A stretch of 64,000 nucleotides of DNA from Coriobacteriia bacterium (GTDB lineage: Bacteria; Actinomycetota; Coriobacteriia; Coriobacteriales; QAMH01). The DNA lies in contig QAMH01000007.1 of the NCBI GenBank assembly GCA_003149935.1, positions 92,603 to 156,602 of the forward strand, given 5' to 3'. Numbering within the stretch: position 1 is the first letter of the stretch; each line of letters begins with the position of its first letter. Positions 19,627-27,624 of this stretch are shown here, in pieces. The notes below the pieces were generated by a model. The model was not told the DNA's origin. It saw nothing but the letters and a program-made list of their open reading frames with translations, and made no database searches. A program made the position numbers and the translations under genes.

Positions 19627-19721
19627 GGTGGCTTCCTTTCTCGCAAGCTTTCGTTGCGAATAGTATACGCCCTCGGCTATCATGTCCCTCCTTGTTTCGT
19701 AGCGCGGCAGAGGGGATTCCC

Positions 19722-20381
19722 ATGAACGAGGAAATCGATATCGAAAGCTGGACTGATAGCCTCGTCGGCAAGGTGCTCGGCACCTTTGGTCCTCGTCTGA
19801 AGCTCGTCGGTATCCAGGGCAGCCGTGCCCGAGGCGAGGCCCGGCCTGACAGCGACATCGACGTCGTGCTGATCGTGGAGGGGTTGGATGACGATGACCT
19901 CGCGGCCTATCGCGCCTTGCTGGCTACCATGCCCCACGGCGATCTTGCCTGCGGGTTCACGGGGTCGCCGGAGCTGCTCGCCGCATGGCCGCGCCACGAC
20001 GTATTCAACTTGATCCAGGATACGCGCGTCGCGTTCGGCTCCTTCGACTTCATGGATACGGAATTCACCGCCGATGATGCGATGCTATCTGCCAAGGTAG
20101 GGGCTTCGGAAATCTACCATGCGATGAGCCATGAGCTCGTCTTCGCCGAAGGCTCGCTCGACGCCATCGTTGCCGTCTGCGTAAAATCGGCCTTCTTCGT
20201 CATGCGTGCATTGCACTATGCCAAGACCGGCGAGTATCCGCCGAGCCGCACTGCCATGAGAGAGCTCGCAACGGAGCAAGAGGCGATGTTCCTTGATGCC
20301 TACGACAACCCCGATGCCTTCGGAACCGAGGAACTTGCCCACGCGCTTCTCGCCTGGTCGAGCTCTATCGTAAGCCTATAG
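19722..20381 (+). CDS. Nucleotidyltransferase-domain protein (ANT/KNTase-like fold)
   Basis: GSRARGEARPDSDIDVVLIV (GS...SD[IV]D NTase motif) plus a helical C-terminal domain. Start at ATG 19722 (ORF track 19557). Confidence 0.7.
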   Translation: MNEEIDIESWTDSLVGKVLGTFGPRLKLVGIQGSRARGEARPDSDIDVVLIVEGLDDDDLAAYRALLATMPHGDLACGFTGSPELLAAWPRHDVFNLIQDTRVAFGSFDFMDTEFTADDAMLSAKVGASEIYHAMSHELVFAEGSLDAIVAVCVKSAFFVMRALHYAKTGEYPPSRTAMRELATEQEAMFLDAYDNPDAFGTEELAHALLAWSSSIVSL

Positions 20382-20394
20382 CGACTCTTTCCCC

Positions 20395-21057
20395 TCACGA
20401 GAGGGGGATCATGTCGAGGCGCAGGGTCTGCTCGACGACCTTCATCAGGTCATCGTCGCTGATGTCGGGCTTGACCTTCACGAGTCCCACCAGGCCAAAG
20501 ATTGCGACGCAGAACATTTCGTAGACGAGCTCGATCTCTATCTGATGGTATGCGGCGTATTCGGTGGCGATGTGATCGTAGAGAAGTTCCGCCGTTTCCC
20601 GAGTTGCCCTTACGTCAAACGCGTCACGCACGCCGAGTTCCTCGAGCACGCGAATCATCGGACGCGGGGTGCCCTCGGCATCGTAGAGCGCGTAGCGGAA
20701 GATGCGCACGCACTTCCTGAGCGAGCCCCGGGTGTCTCCGAAGACTCGCTCTTCGTTCCATGCGATGACGCTTTCCACCAGGTCCTCGACATAATCGTCG
20801 ATGACCGCCTCGATGATGCCGTTCTTGTTTCCAAAATGATAGTAGACGAGCTCGCGGGTCACGTTGGCCTCCTGCGCGATGGCCCTGACCGTGGTAGCTC
20901 GTACTCCGTCACGCTCGAAGAGCTTGCGGGCGGCCGTGGCGATGTTGCCGCGCGTTCCCGTGAGCCGGCGTGTCTCATTCAGGTCCTGTCTATGGGGGCG
21001 AACATGCGAGGCAGCTTCGCGCGGTGAGCGCTCCCCATATTCGAGGATTGTCGTCAT
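20395..21057 (-). CDS. TetR-family transcriptional regulator
   Basis: N-terminal HTH ARKLFERDGVRATTVRAIAQEANVTRELVYYHFGNK. Start at ATG 21057 (ORF track 21279). Confidence 0.85.
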   Translation of the reverse strand: MTTILEYGERSPREAASHVRPHRQDLNETRRLTGTRGNIATAARKLFERDGVRATTVRAIAQEANVTRELVYYHFGNKNGIIEAVIDDYVEDLVESVIAWNEERVFGDTRGSLRKCVRIFRYALYDAEGTPRPMIRVLEELGVRDAFDVRATRETAELLYDHIATEYAAYHQIEIELVYEMFCVAIFGLVGLVKVKPDISDDDLMKVVEQTLRLDMIPLS

Positions 21058-21095
21058 GTTCTCACCTGACCTAAGTTGGCAGACTTCGTCATGTC

Positions 21096-21122
21096 TTTCA
21101 CATATTAGGCAAATATGTGAAA
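21096..21122. promoter_or_regulatory. Candidate TetR operator
   Basis: TTTCACATAT-TAGGCAA-ATATGTGAAA, perfect 10-bp arms, in the divergent region between the TetR gene and the membrane-protein genes. Confidence 0.5.
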
Positions 21123-21202
21123 TCTTATTATACTCCGAGATGATACACTGCGGCTGGTTTCCCACATCTAGCTGGGAAAACACCGAGGTGAGGAGACACG
21201 CC

Positions 21203-22150
21203 ATGACGGTTCCTGTTTGGGTCACTCCGATTTCGATGGTGATATACACCATACTCCTGATGTTGTTCACGGAGTTCATGCGTCGTCACTACCGCACCTC
21301 CATGTGGTTCTGGGTGGTCTCTCTTGCCACTATCCCGTTCTGGATCATGAACATACCGGCCGATGACTGGTTCCGCTGGGCCAAGAACCTGTCGGTCATA
21401 CTGCCGCTCATCTATGCCGGAATCGGGCGCATCGCCGCCGTGCAGCAAAAGGACACCCCGTTTTGGCGTCTCATGCGCCAGCGCTGGGTGCGCTGGGTGC
21501 TCTACGGCATCGTGTTCTGCAACATCGCCGAGGCGACCTTGCGCGACGTCGAGATGGGTAACTACATGAACGCCCTGGCCGGATTCATCCTGTGTGTCAC
21601 GATGCCCTTCGGCGACAAGTACTGGAAGTACGACACCGCGCATTACGGCGAGATCATCGCCTACACGGTGCCCATGTGGAACTTCCTCTACACCACGTGG
21701 AACGCGTGCTTCGTCTATGCCGAGGGCCACGCGTTCTTTGCCAGCACGTGCTGCATCCTGGCGGCGGCCGAGCTCTATCCCATCATCAAGCGGCAGCCGG
21801 AGCTCTATATCACCGGCCGAATCTACACCCTGGGCATACACCTGCTGTTGCGCAGCTGTTTCCCGTTGCTGTTCCCCACCATCATGAACAGCGCGGCCTG
21901 GTTCAATCCCGACGTGATGTACTGGTGGGGCATGATCAACGGCATCATCGGCATCCCGTTCGTCTTCTGGTACTGCTACCAGCTGAGCAGCGGAAAGGCC
22001 GATGTCACCTTCCGCCGGCGCAAGGCCCGGGAGGAATACCTCATTGGCCGAGAAGAAGGCCTGATAGATGAGTACGGAGACCCGGTGAGCACCGAGGCTG
22101 CCATCGTCGTCGACGAGCAGGTGGGCGACAAGCCCGAAGTCTCCAAGTAG
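21203..22150 (+). CDS. Polytopic membrane protein of unknown function (315 aa), paralog A
   Basis: Multiple hydrophobic helices. Shares motifs NIAEAxxRD and WNFxYT with the next gene. Start at ATG 21203 behind GGTGAGGAG; the ORF-track 5' extension to 20864 is antisense to the TetR gene. Confidence 0.7.
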   Translation: MTVPVWVTPISMVIYTILLMLFTEFMRRHYRTSMWFWVVSLATIPFWIMNIPADDWFRWAKNLSVILPLIYAGIGRIAAVQQKDTPFWRLMRQRWVRWVLYGIVFCNIAEATLRDVEMGNYMNALAGFILCVTMPFGDKYWKYDTAHYGEIIAYTVPMWNFLYTTWNACFVYAEGHAFFASTCCILAAAELYPIIKRQPELYITGRIYTLGIHLLLRSCFPLLFPTIMNSAAWFNPDVMYWWGMINGIIGIPFVFWYCYQLSSGKADVTFRRRKAREEYLIGREEGLIDEYGDPVSTEAAIVVDEQVGDKPEVSK

Positions 22151-22173
22151 GCATCGAGGGAAGGGGAACCACC

Positions 22174-23136
22174 ATGGGGATTCTGTATCAAGCCGCCGAT
22201 CCCATCTACTGGGCCATCTGGCTGTTCGTCCTGTTCGCGCTCATGGCTTTCAACGAACTGGGACGCGTGAAGCTGTGGGCCGGCCTGGCGCTTTTCGCCA
22301 TCGTTCCCATCGCGCTGACCATCTTCGTCTGGCCCGAGACCGCAGCGCCCGGTAACGAGTACGGAACCGGCACCTGGTTCAATTGGGTGAAGACCTATTC
22401 GGCACTTGCGGGCTGCCTTGGCTTCATCGCCTTGCGCTTCGTCAAGTGGAACGGCAAGGACGGCAAGGTCCACTATCTCTACGAGAAGAAGTGGGCGCTG
22501 TGCTTCCCGCCGCTCATCCTCGCCATCAACATCGCCGAGGCCGTCATTCGCGACTTCCAGGTGTTTGGCTTTGCCCTGTGGAGCGGCGGCGTCGTGGAGA
22601 ACCTCTGGACCATATCCGGCCCGTGGAACATCATGAACGGCATTGCGGGCATCTTGAACATCGTCACGATTTGCGGCTGGTTCGGAATCTTCATCTCGAA
22701 GGATTCCTCCAAGGACATGATCTGGCCCGATATGATCTGGCCCTGGATCATCGCGTATGACCTGTGGAACTTCGCCTACACCTACAACTGCATCTCGGAT
22801 CACTCGGCTTACTGCGGCCTGGCCCTCCTGCTCGCATGCACCATTCCCACCTTCTTCATCAAGCGGGGCGCGTGGTTGCAGCACCGGGCCCAGACGCTTG
22901 CGCTGTGGATCATGTTCGTCATGACGGTCCCGCAGTTTGCCGATGTGCTGGCACCCATTCCCACCACGCACAATCCCACCGCGTTCTTCGTGGTGAGCCT
23001 CATCGCGCTGGCGGCAAACGTCGCCGTGGCCGTCTACCAGCTCTATCGCATCCGCAAGTTCAAGCTCAATCCGCTCAAGGACGAGATCTACAAGGGCACC
23101 AAGCCCTACGAGCGCGTGGTCGAGGAGAATCGCTAA
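22174..23136 (+). CDS. Polytopic membrane protein of unknown function (320 aa), paralog B
   Basis: Distant paralog of 21203-22150 (NIAEAVIRD, LWNFAYTY). Confidence 0.7.
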   Translation: MGILYQAADPIYWAIWLFVLFALMAFNELGRVKLWAGLALFAIVPIALTIFVWPETAAPGNEYGTGTWFNWVKTYSALAGCLGFIALRFVKWNGKDGKVHYLYEKKWALCFPPLILAINIAEAVIRDFQVFGFALWSGGVVENLWTISGPWNIMNGIAGILNIVTICGWFGIFISKDSSKDMIWPDMIWPWIIAYDLWNFAYTYNCISDHSAYCGLALLLACTIPTFFIKRGAWLQHRAQTLALWIMFVMTVPQFADVLAPIPTTHNPTAFFVVSLIALAANVAVAVYQLYRIRKFKLNPLKDEIYKGTKPYERVVEENR

Positions 23137-23140
23137 TGAT

Positions 23141-23806
23141 CTAGCCCGTGGCGGGGTTGTCGATGCGCCACTCCTCCACGGTCTTCTGCAGCTTCTTGCG
23201 ATAGCAGGACTGCGCCGTGTACAGCACCGCGCACGGGTTGTTGCCGGCGAGGAAGTCCTTTGTCGCGAAGGTGGTGACGGGCGCGTCGGAGTACTTGCAG
23301 AAGAGGGCGTCGTGACCCACGCATATGCCCATGAGGATGTTCAGATCCGTCTTGGCTTCGTTGAGCAGGAGCGCCTGCATGATGGGATTGCAAACGACGC
23401 CACCTTCGCCGCCCTTGGCAGGCGGCTCGAGATCCAGGTCCGCGCGCCGATTGCTCTCGAGCTTGCAGCCGACCGTCTCGACACGGAACCCCGCCTGCTC
23501 AAGCAGCTTGGCCAGCGTGCGCGTCTCGCGCAGCATGATGGTGCATGAGGCTATGCCGATGTGCCGTGCTCCGATGAGGTTCGCGAACTTGATGGTGTCT
23601 TGCACGCGTGTCGAGTTCGCGGTGTCCTCGCTGACCTTTGCGGCAGCTTCCATGATCGCATGGTTCTCGGGCAGGGCATACAGGCGGTGCGCTTCGTCAT
23701 GCAACTCGGGCGAGACCGCGGCCTGCGCGCAAAAGCTCGGCTCCTCGCGCTCGGTATATTCGCATGCGGTGGTTCCGCAGCTCATGCATGTGAGCTTCGA
23801 TTCCAT
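23141..23806 (-). CDS. DUF1847-like Cys-rich putative metal-binding protein, copy 2
   Basis: MESKLTCMSCGTTACEY.... Near-identical to 15760-16416 at both the protein and nucleotide level by eye. Confidence 0.75.
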   Translation of the reverse strand: MESKLTCMSCGTTACEYTEREEPSFCAQAAVSPELHDEAHRLYALPENHAIMEAAAKVSEDTANSTRVQDTIKFANLIGARHIGIASCTIMLRETRTLAKLLEQAGFRVETVGCKLESNRRADLDLEPPAKGGEGGVVCNPIMQALLLNEAKTDLNILMGICVGHDALFCKYSDAPVTTFATKDFLAGNNPCAVLYTAQSCYRKKLQKTVEEWRIDNPATG

Positions 23807-23865
23807 GGTGTCTCCTATGTGGTTTGACAGGCGCTTATGAACGCATATGCATATGTTGCGAGGCT

Positions 23866-24276
23866 CTATGCGAGCTGGCTTCCCGCCTCGGGGCCAGCTG
23901 CCATCTGGTACACCGCGTCCACGTGGATGAAACAGCCGCCCTTGGCCTTGATGGGCAGGCCCATGGACGCGAACTTCGCGTCCACCATCTCCTTTTGCAC
24001 GGCAAAATCATCGCCGTCGTTGACGTAGCGCGCCGTGCCGTGAATCTGGAAGGCGTCGTGGCCGGTCCAGAACGCGACGGCGACCTTCTGGTTTTCCTGC
24101 AGGTTGGCGAGCGTCTTCTTGAAGAACTGGTCCGAGATGTACACGGTCTCGTCGTCGATGACGGTCTTCATGCCGATGGCGGCGCCGTTAGGTGCTCCGT
24201 CGGCGGATGCGGTGCACAGCACCATGTTCTCGGCGGTCTCGAACAGCTCGCGTGCGTTTTGGGGAAGCTTTGCCAT
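23866..24276 (-). CDS. Pyridoxamine-5'-phosphate-oxidase-like FMN-binding protein, copy 2
   Basis: Near-identical to 19216-19626. Lies 59 bp upstream of DUF1847-like copy 2 on the same strand. Start at ATG 24276. Confidence 0.7.
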   Translation of the reverse strand: MAKLPQNARELFETAENMVLCTASADGAPNGAAIGMKTVIDDETVYISDQFFKKTLANLQENQKVAVAFWTGHDAFQIHGTARYVNDGDDFAVQKEMVDAKFASMGLPIKAKGGCFIHVDAVYQMAAGPEAGSQLA

Positions 24277-24314
24277 GGTCGGTCCCTTCTCGCGATGTGC
24301 GTTGTGGATAGTAT

Positions 24315-24345
24315 ACGCCTCGGGAAGAAGGGGCCTTACCACTTG
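24315..24345 (-). other. tRNA-Gly-derived fragment (D-arm to anticodon-loop region)
   Basis: Positions 24330-24345 (GGGGCCTTACCACTTG) match the tRNA-Gly at 16506-16580 exactly over 16 nt. The adjacent 15 nt match 10/15, including CTTCCC. Confidence 0.5.
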
Positions 24346-24356
24346 TTATTTCATTA

Positions 24357-24417
24357 TTTTCATGTACATGCTGTACACGAAATTATAAATTTTCATGTAC
24401 AATATGTACACGAAATT
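24357..24417. repeat. Two 28-bp direct repeats in an AT-rich promoter region
   Basis: TTTTCATGTACATGCTGTACACGAAATT (24357-24384) and TTTTCATGTACAATATGTACACGAAATT (24390-24417), with a 33-bp period. Each contains a TGTACA-N-TGTACA dyad. Confidence 0.6.
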
Positions 24418-24463
24418 GAGAATTGGAGCAAACTCGAGCAGACGTGATTCAGGGGCTGATTTT

Positions 24464-25849
24464 ATGGAATATATGCGTCGCAAGCTTGAAACGGACATAG
24501 CGAGCTGGGCCTCTTCTGCCCGTATGCAGCCCCTTCTTATCCAGGGCGCGCGCCGCGTAGGAAAGACGGTGCTCGCAGAGCGCATGGGCGAGGAGTGCTT
24601 CGCCGACGGTTTCGTGAAGCTTGATTTCCAAACGGACCTCTCGAGGGCTCAGGCGATTTTTGATTGGCCAACTGATGACGTGGACGGAATAGTCAGGCGC
24701 GTTTCCGAGTACAAGGGCATGCCCATTCTTCCGGAAAAGACGCTTATCATTCTTGACGAGGTCCAGCTGTGCGAGCAGGCGCTCAATGCCCTCAGGTTTT
24801 TCGAGGGAACACGTTGGCGCATCCTTGCTACAGGGAGCCTGCTCGGAGTAACCACCAAGCGGAGGAGCCTGCCTTTTCCTTCTGGAGTGCGTCAACTCGA
24901 GCTTCATCCACTCGACTTCGAGGAATACCTTTGGGCCTTGGACGAAGGCACCATGGCTTGCGACATACGCGCGCATGCTGAAACGGGCGAACCATACGTT
25001 CGACATGACCAAGCCCTTGACCTGTATCATAAATACCTGGTGCTCGGAGGAATGCCCCGAGTGCTTGATGCCTATCGCCATGAAGGTGGGTTTTCGGCGG
25101 CCGGTGAGGTGCAAGCTGAAATAGATGCCACCTACACGGCGGATATGACTGATCCCGAAAACGGCATAAGCGGCATTTCGGCAAAGCGGATTTGGGACAG
25201 TCTTCCCAAGCAGCTCCTTCGTGCGTCGACGAAAAAGTTCAAGTATTCCGAGGTGATACGCGGAGGGCGCCGAGAGCGCCTCCTAGAGCCCCTTGAATGG
25301 CTTGCTGCAGCTGGCGTGATTTCGATAAATGACTTGACGTGCGACGATCGTGCTCCGCTGGCTCCATACAATGACGAGGACGGGAGCTACTTCAAGGTGT
25401 ATGTGGCCGATACAGGCATCATGTTCCATAAGTTCGGAATCGATCCGGTGGTGTTTCTTGACGACGGGAGGAGGGCGATCCTCGCTTCCGACTTCCGCGG
25501 AGCGCTTGCCGAGAACTACGTCATGCAGGCGTTGCAGGCAAACGGGCTGAAGACGTTTTATTGGATGCCAAACGATAAGGTGGGAAACGGAGAGGTAGAC
25601 TTCGTCTTTCAGAACCGCATGGCGCAGGTCATTCCCGTCGAGGTTAAGTCGTCGCGAAATGTCAAGGCAAAGAGCTTGATGAAGCTTATGAGAGAGGGCA
25701 ACGCGCCCTATGCAGTCAGGCTTTCGGAGGCAAATTTCGGGACAAGCTCTATTGAAGGGGCCGATGGCGAGGTGCTATTGCGCGATCTCCCGTTGTATGC
25801 AGCGTTTTGCGTTGGCTCAGAAGCGGCGGAGGAAACTCGTACGGGATGA
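24464..25849 (+). CDS. AAA+ ATPase (DUF4143-type ATP-binding protein, name from memory)
   Basis: Walker A GARRVGKT and Walker B LIILDEVQ, with a C-terminal domain typical of this family. Start at ATG 24464. Confidence 0.75.
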   Translation: MEYMRRKLETDIASWASSARMQPLLIQGARRVGKTVLAERMGEECFADGFVKLDFQTDLSRAQAIFDWPTDDVDGIVRRVSEYKGMPILPEKTLIILDEVQLCEQALNALRFFEGTRWRILATGSLLGVTTKRRSLPFPSGVRQLELHPLDFEEYLWALDEGTMACDIRAHAETGEPYVRHDQALDLYHKYLVLGGMPRVLDAYRHEGGFSAAGEVQAEIDATYTADMTDPENGISGISAKRIWDSLPKQLLRASTKKFKYSEVIRGGRRERLLEPLEWLAAAGVISINDLTCDDRAPLAPYNDEDGSYFKVYVADTGIMFHKFGIDPVVFLDDGRRAILASDFRGALAENYVMQALQANGLKTFYWMPNDKVGNGEVDFVFQNRMAQVIPVEVKSSRNVKAKSLMKLMREGNAPYAVRLSEANFGTSSIEGADGEVLLRDLPLYAAFCVGSEAAEETRTG

Positions 25850-25897
25850 GGACTGGAAATTTCCGGGTGCCATCGGATGGATGTGGGGGATGAAACG

Positions 25898-25924
25898 CGG
25901 ACGCCGTCTTCCTGACGGCGTCCG
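25898..25924. terminator. Strong hairpin between the ATPase gene end and the tRNA-like 3' end
   Basis: CGGACGCCGTC-TTCCT-GACGGCGTCCG, an 11-bp perfect stem with a 5-nt loop. Confidence 0.6.
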
Positions 25925-25935
25925 ACCTTGTCCTT

Positions 25936-26010
25936 TGGAGCAGGCGACGGGGTTCGAACCCGCGAATACTGGCTTGGGAAGCTCCTGTTCTACCATTGAA
26001 CTACGCCCGC
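25936..26010 (-). tRNA. Hybrid tRNA-Gly(CCC)-like sequence with a disrupted anticodon stem (probable junction product, possibly non-functional)
   Basis: GCGGGCGTAGTTCAATGGTAGAACAGGAGCTTCCCAAGCCAGTATTCGCGGGTTCGAACCCCGTCGCCTGCTCCA. Acceptor, D and T arms fold normally, but the anticodon stem strands GGAGC/GCCAG pair at only 2 of 5 positions. Confidence 0.6.
25972..25982. repeat. 11-nt core shared by both junctions (att-core candidate, left copy)
   Basis: GCTTGGGAAGC on the plus strand (the anticodon loop plus 2 nt on each side). Identical copy at 40945-40955. Confidence 0.65.
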
Positions 26011-26082
26011 AGTGCCGGCCTATTATACTCTTCCCTATCCGCATCGCCACGGGCATTTCAGCAAATCCCCATGGGTCGCACC

Positions 26083-26565
26083 CTAAGCGGCCTCCCTCAG
26101 GAAGTTCATGTAGCGCGCGCCGATGCCTATTCCGGTATTCGGCACGTACCCGGCGTAGAGGTCAAGCGTGTAGGCGGAGCTGGCGTGCCCCATGAACACC
26201 GACACCGTCTTGATGTTCTCGCCGTTGGCGAGGTTCAACGTCGCGAAGGTGTGTCGGAGGGCGTAGGGGCGTACTCCCTCGAACCCGGCGTCGGCCGCGA
26301 ACCTCAGCCAGTCGCGGTGTCACGATTGGTAGGTTTGGGGGATCATCTCGGGGCCACATACCAGCATGCTCATGGACGGCTTGAAACCGAGTTCCTTCAT
26401 CAGGTTCGACTTGAGCTCTATCCATTGCCTCAGAACCTCTGCCGTGTACTCATCGACGGGAACGCTGCGCTTCGACGCGTCGGATTTGGGGTACTCCCTT
26501 ATCTCCTTGCCGTCGCAGTCTCGCGCCTGGCGCCCCGAGACGCCCCTATCCAAGGAAGTCTGCAT
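26083..26565 (-). pseudogene. Tyrosine recombinase/integrase remnant (C-terminal catalytic half only, with an in-frame TGA)
   Basis: ALRHTFAT... and [17 protein letters not shown] (catalytic Tyr region). In-frame TGA at 26320-26322 (...QTYQS*HRDWLRF...). The frame closes at 26575-26577 and the Crp/Fnr gene end overlaps it, so the N-terminal half is missing. Confidence 0.8.
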
Positions 26566-27322
26566 CGTGGTGACCTAACAACTCCGACATGGTGCTCAGC
26601 TGCCGTTTGAAGCGCGGGGATCGCCTCCACTTCTCAGTCCAGATGAGAATGGAATTGGGTCGTAGTGTTACCATCCCGTCGGCCTCCATCTTCTTGAGCG
26701 CTCGCGACACGTTGGCACGCTCCGCGTGAATGATGGTGCCTACTGTCTCATGGGTCATGGCAAGCTCCAGCGCGCCTTCCTGGTCTCCGTGCATGCGCCA
26801 AAGGCACATGGCGAACAGTCGCTCGATGCGATTGGCGATGCGCGTTCCCTGCAAGATCCACGATTGGCGCACGTAATTGGTGGTGTTGTTGGAAGTTCCC
26901 GCCAACACATCGACAAGCAGCCTTGCATCATGTCTGATGACATCCATATAGGCACGCTCGGGAATGACGCAGACCTCCAGGTCCGTAGCCGCAAAGATGT
27001 AGTCGCCAGCATCGGCGCCAAGGTAGGCCCCGGTTTCACCAATGGTGTCTCCAACCCCCAGCACGCAGCTCACAAGCTTGTCGCCATTTTCCTGGAGAAG
27101 ATACGAAATCGCCAGCCCTCGCATGATGACCATCACGTAATTCGTTACCCCACGCTCGATGATCTGCCCTCGCAAATAGTTCTTTGTGAGCACACCCGTA
27201 ATTACGGGGCCCTCATGCAGTCTGCTGCATATATGCCGGAAATGGCACTTTCTCTGGAGCTTGCAATACGCTGGCTTGCCGCCTGCAGCGCCGTTGTCCC
27301 CCGAATCGCCCTTCGTACCCAT
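26546..27322 (-). CDS. Crp/Fnr-family transcriptional regulator with N-terminal Cys cluster
   Basis: Effector-domain pattern plus C-terminal HTH ([29 protein letters not shown]). N-terminal [13 protein letters not shown]. Divergent from the Mo-enzyme operon. Confidence 0.8.
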   Translation of the reverse strand: MGTKGDSGDNGAAGGKPAYCKLQRKCHFRHICSRLHEGPVITGVLTKNYLRGQIIERGVTNYVMVIMRGLAISYLLQENGDKLVSCVLGVGDTIGETGAYLGADAGDYIFAATDLEVCVIPERAYMDVIRHDARLLVDVLAGTSNNTTNYVRQSWILQGTRIANRIERLFAMCLWRMHGDQEGALELAMTHETVGTIIHAERANVSRALKKMEADGMVTLRPNSILIWTEKWRRSPRFKRQLSTMSELLGHHDADFLG

Positions 27323-27403
27323 AGCCCCTCCATCTATTTATGAGCTGCGAAACATTATAATCTCCTGCACTTACTCCAACGCCTGCCAGCCAGCTCAAGC
27401 GAG

Positions 27404-27419
27404 TGTGTTAGGTAACACA
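27404..27419. promoter_or_regulatory. Candidate Crp/Fnr-family operator
   Basis: TGTGTTA-GG-TAACACA is a perfect palindrome (TGTGT-N6-ACACA, CRP-like) in the divergent region 27323-27624. The adjacent ACGTGTCT motif is repeated at 27423 and 27443. Confidence 0.5.
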
Positions 27420-27624
27420 TTCACGTGTCTTTTACCATGTGAACGTGTCTCTAATCACTGAAAAAGTCCCCCGAACCCACTAATCTGGCAGCCATGATCG
27501 ATCATGAAGGTACCACTATCGTGGCTTAGGTTCGCGCGCTTCCTCATGGGTTTCCAGACACCCCATGTCCCTTGCGCGTGTGCAACCCCAAGCCACTTCT
27601 CCAAAGAAGATAGGGGGATTCTAA

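Noticed and set aside
20864-21202. 5' extension of the membrane-protein ORF (ORF track start 20864)
   Set aside because: The extension is antisense to the TetR gene and crosses the operator region. ATG 21203 has a good RBS, and the protein is hydrophobic from there on.
25936-26010. Calling this an ordinary functional tRNA-Gly(CCC)
   Set aside because: Three of the five anticodon-stem pairs are mismatched, and the complementary strand is found 15 kb away. I keep it as a hybrid, possibly defective, tRNA pending covariance-model scoring.
26320-26322. In-frame TGA (integrase) and in-frame TAGs (parB at 39791, AKR at 41622) as selenocysteine/pyrrolysine recoding or an altered genetic code
   Set aside because: I recognised no SECIS-like hairpin and no pyl or sel genes in the window. 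TAG and TGA serve as ordinary stops for many intact genes here (for example 6616, 39927, 56741, 61259). The affected genes are element backbone or truncated remnants, so nonsense mutation is the simpler explanation.
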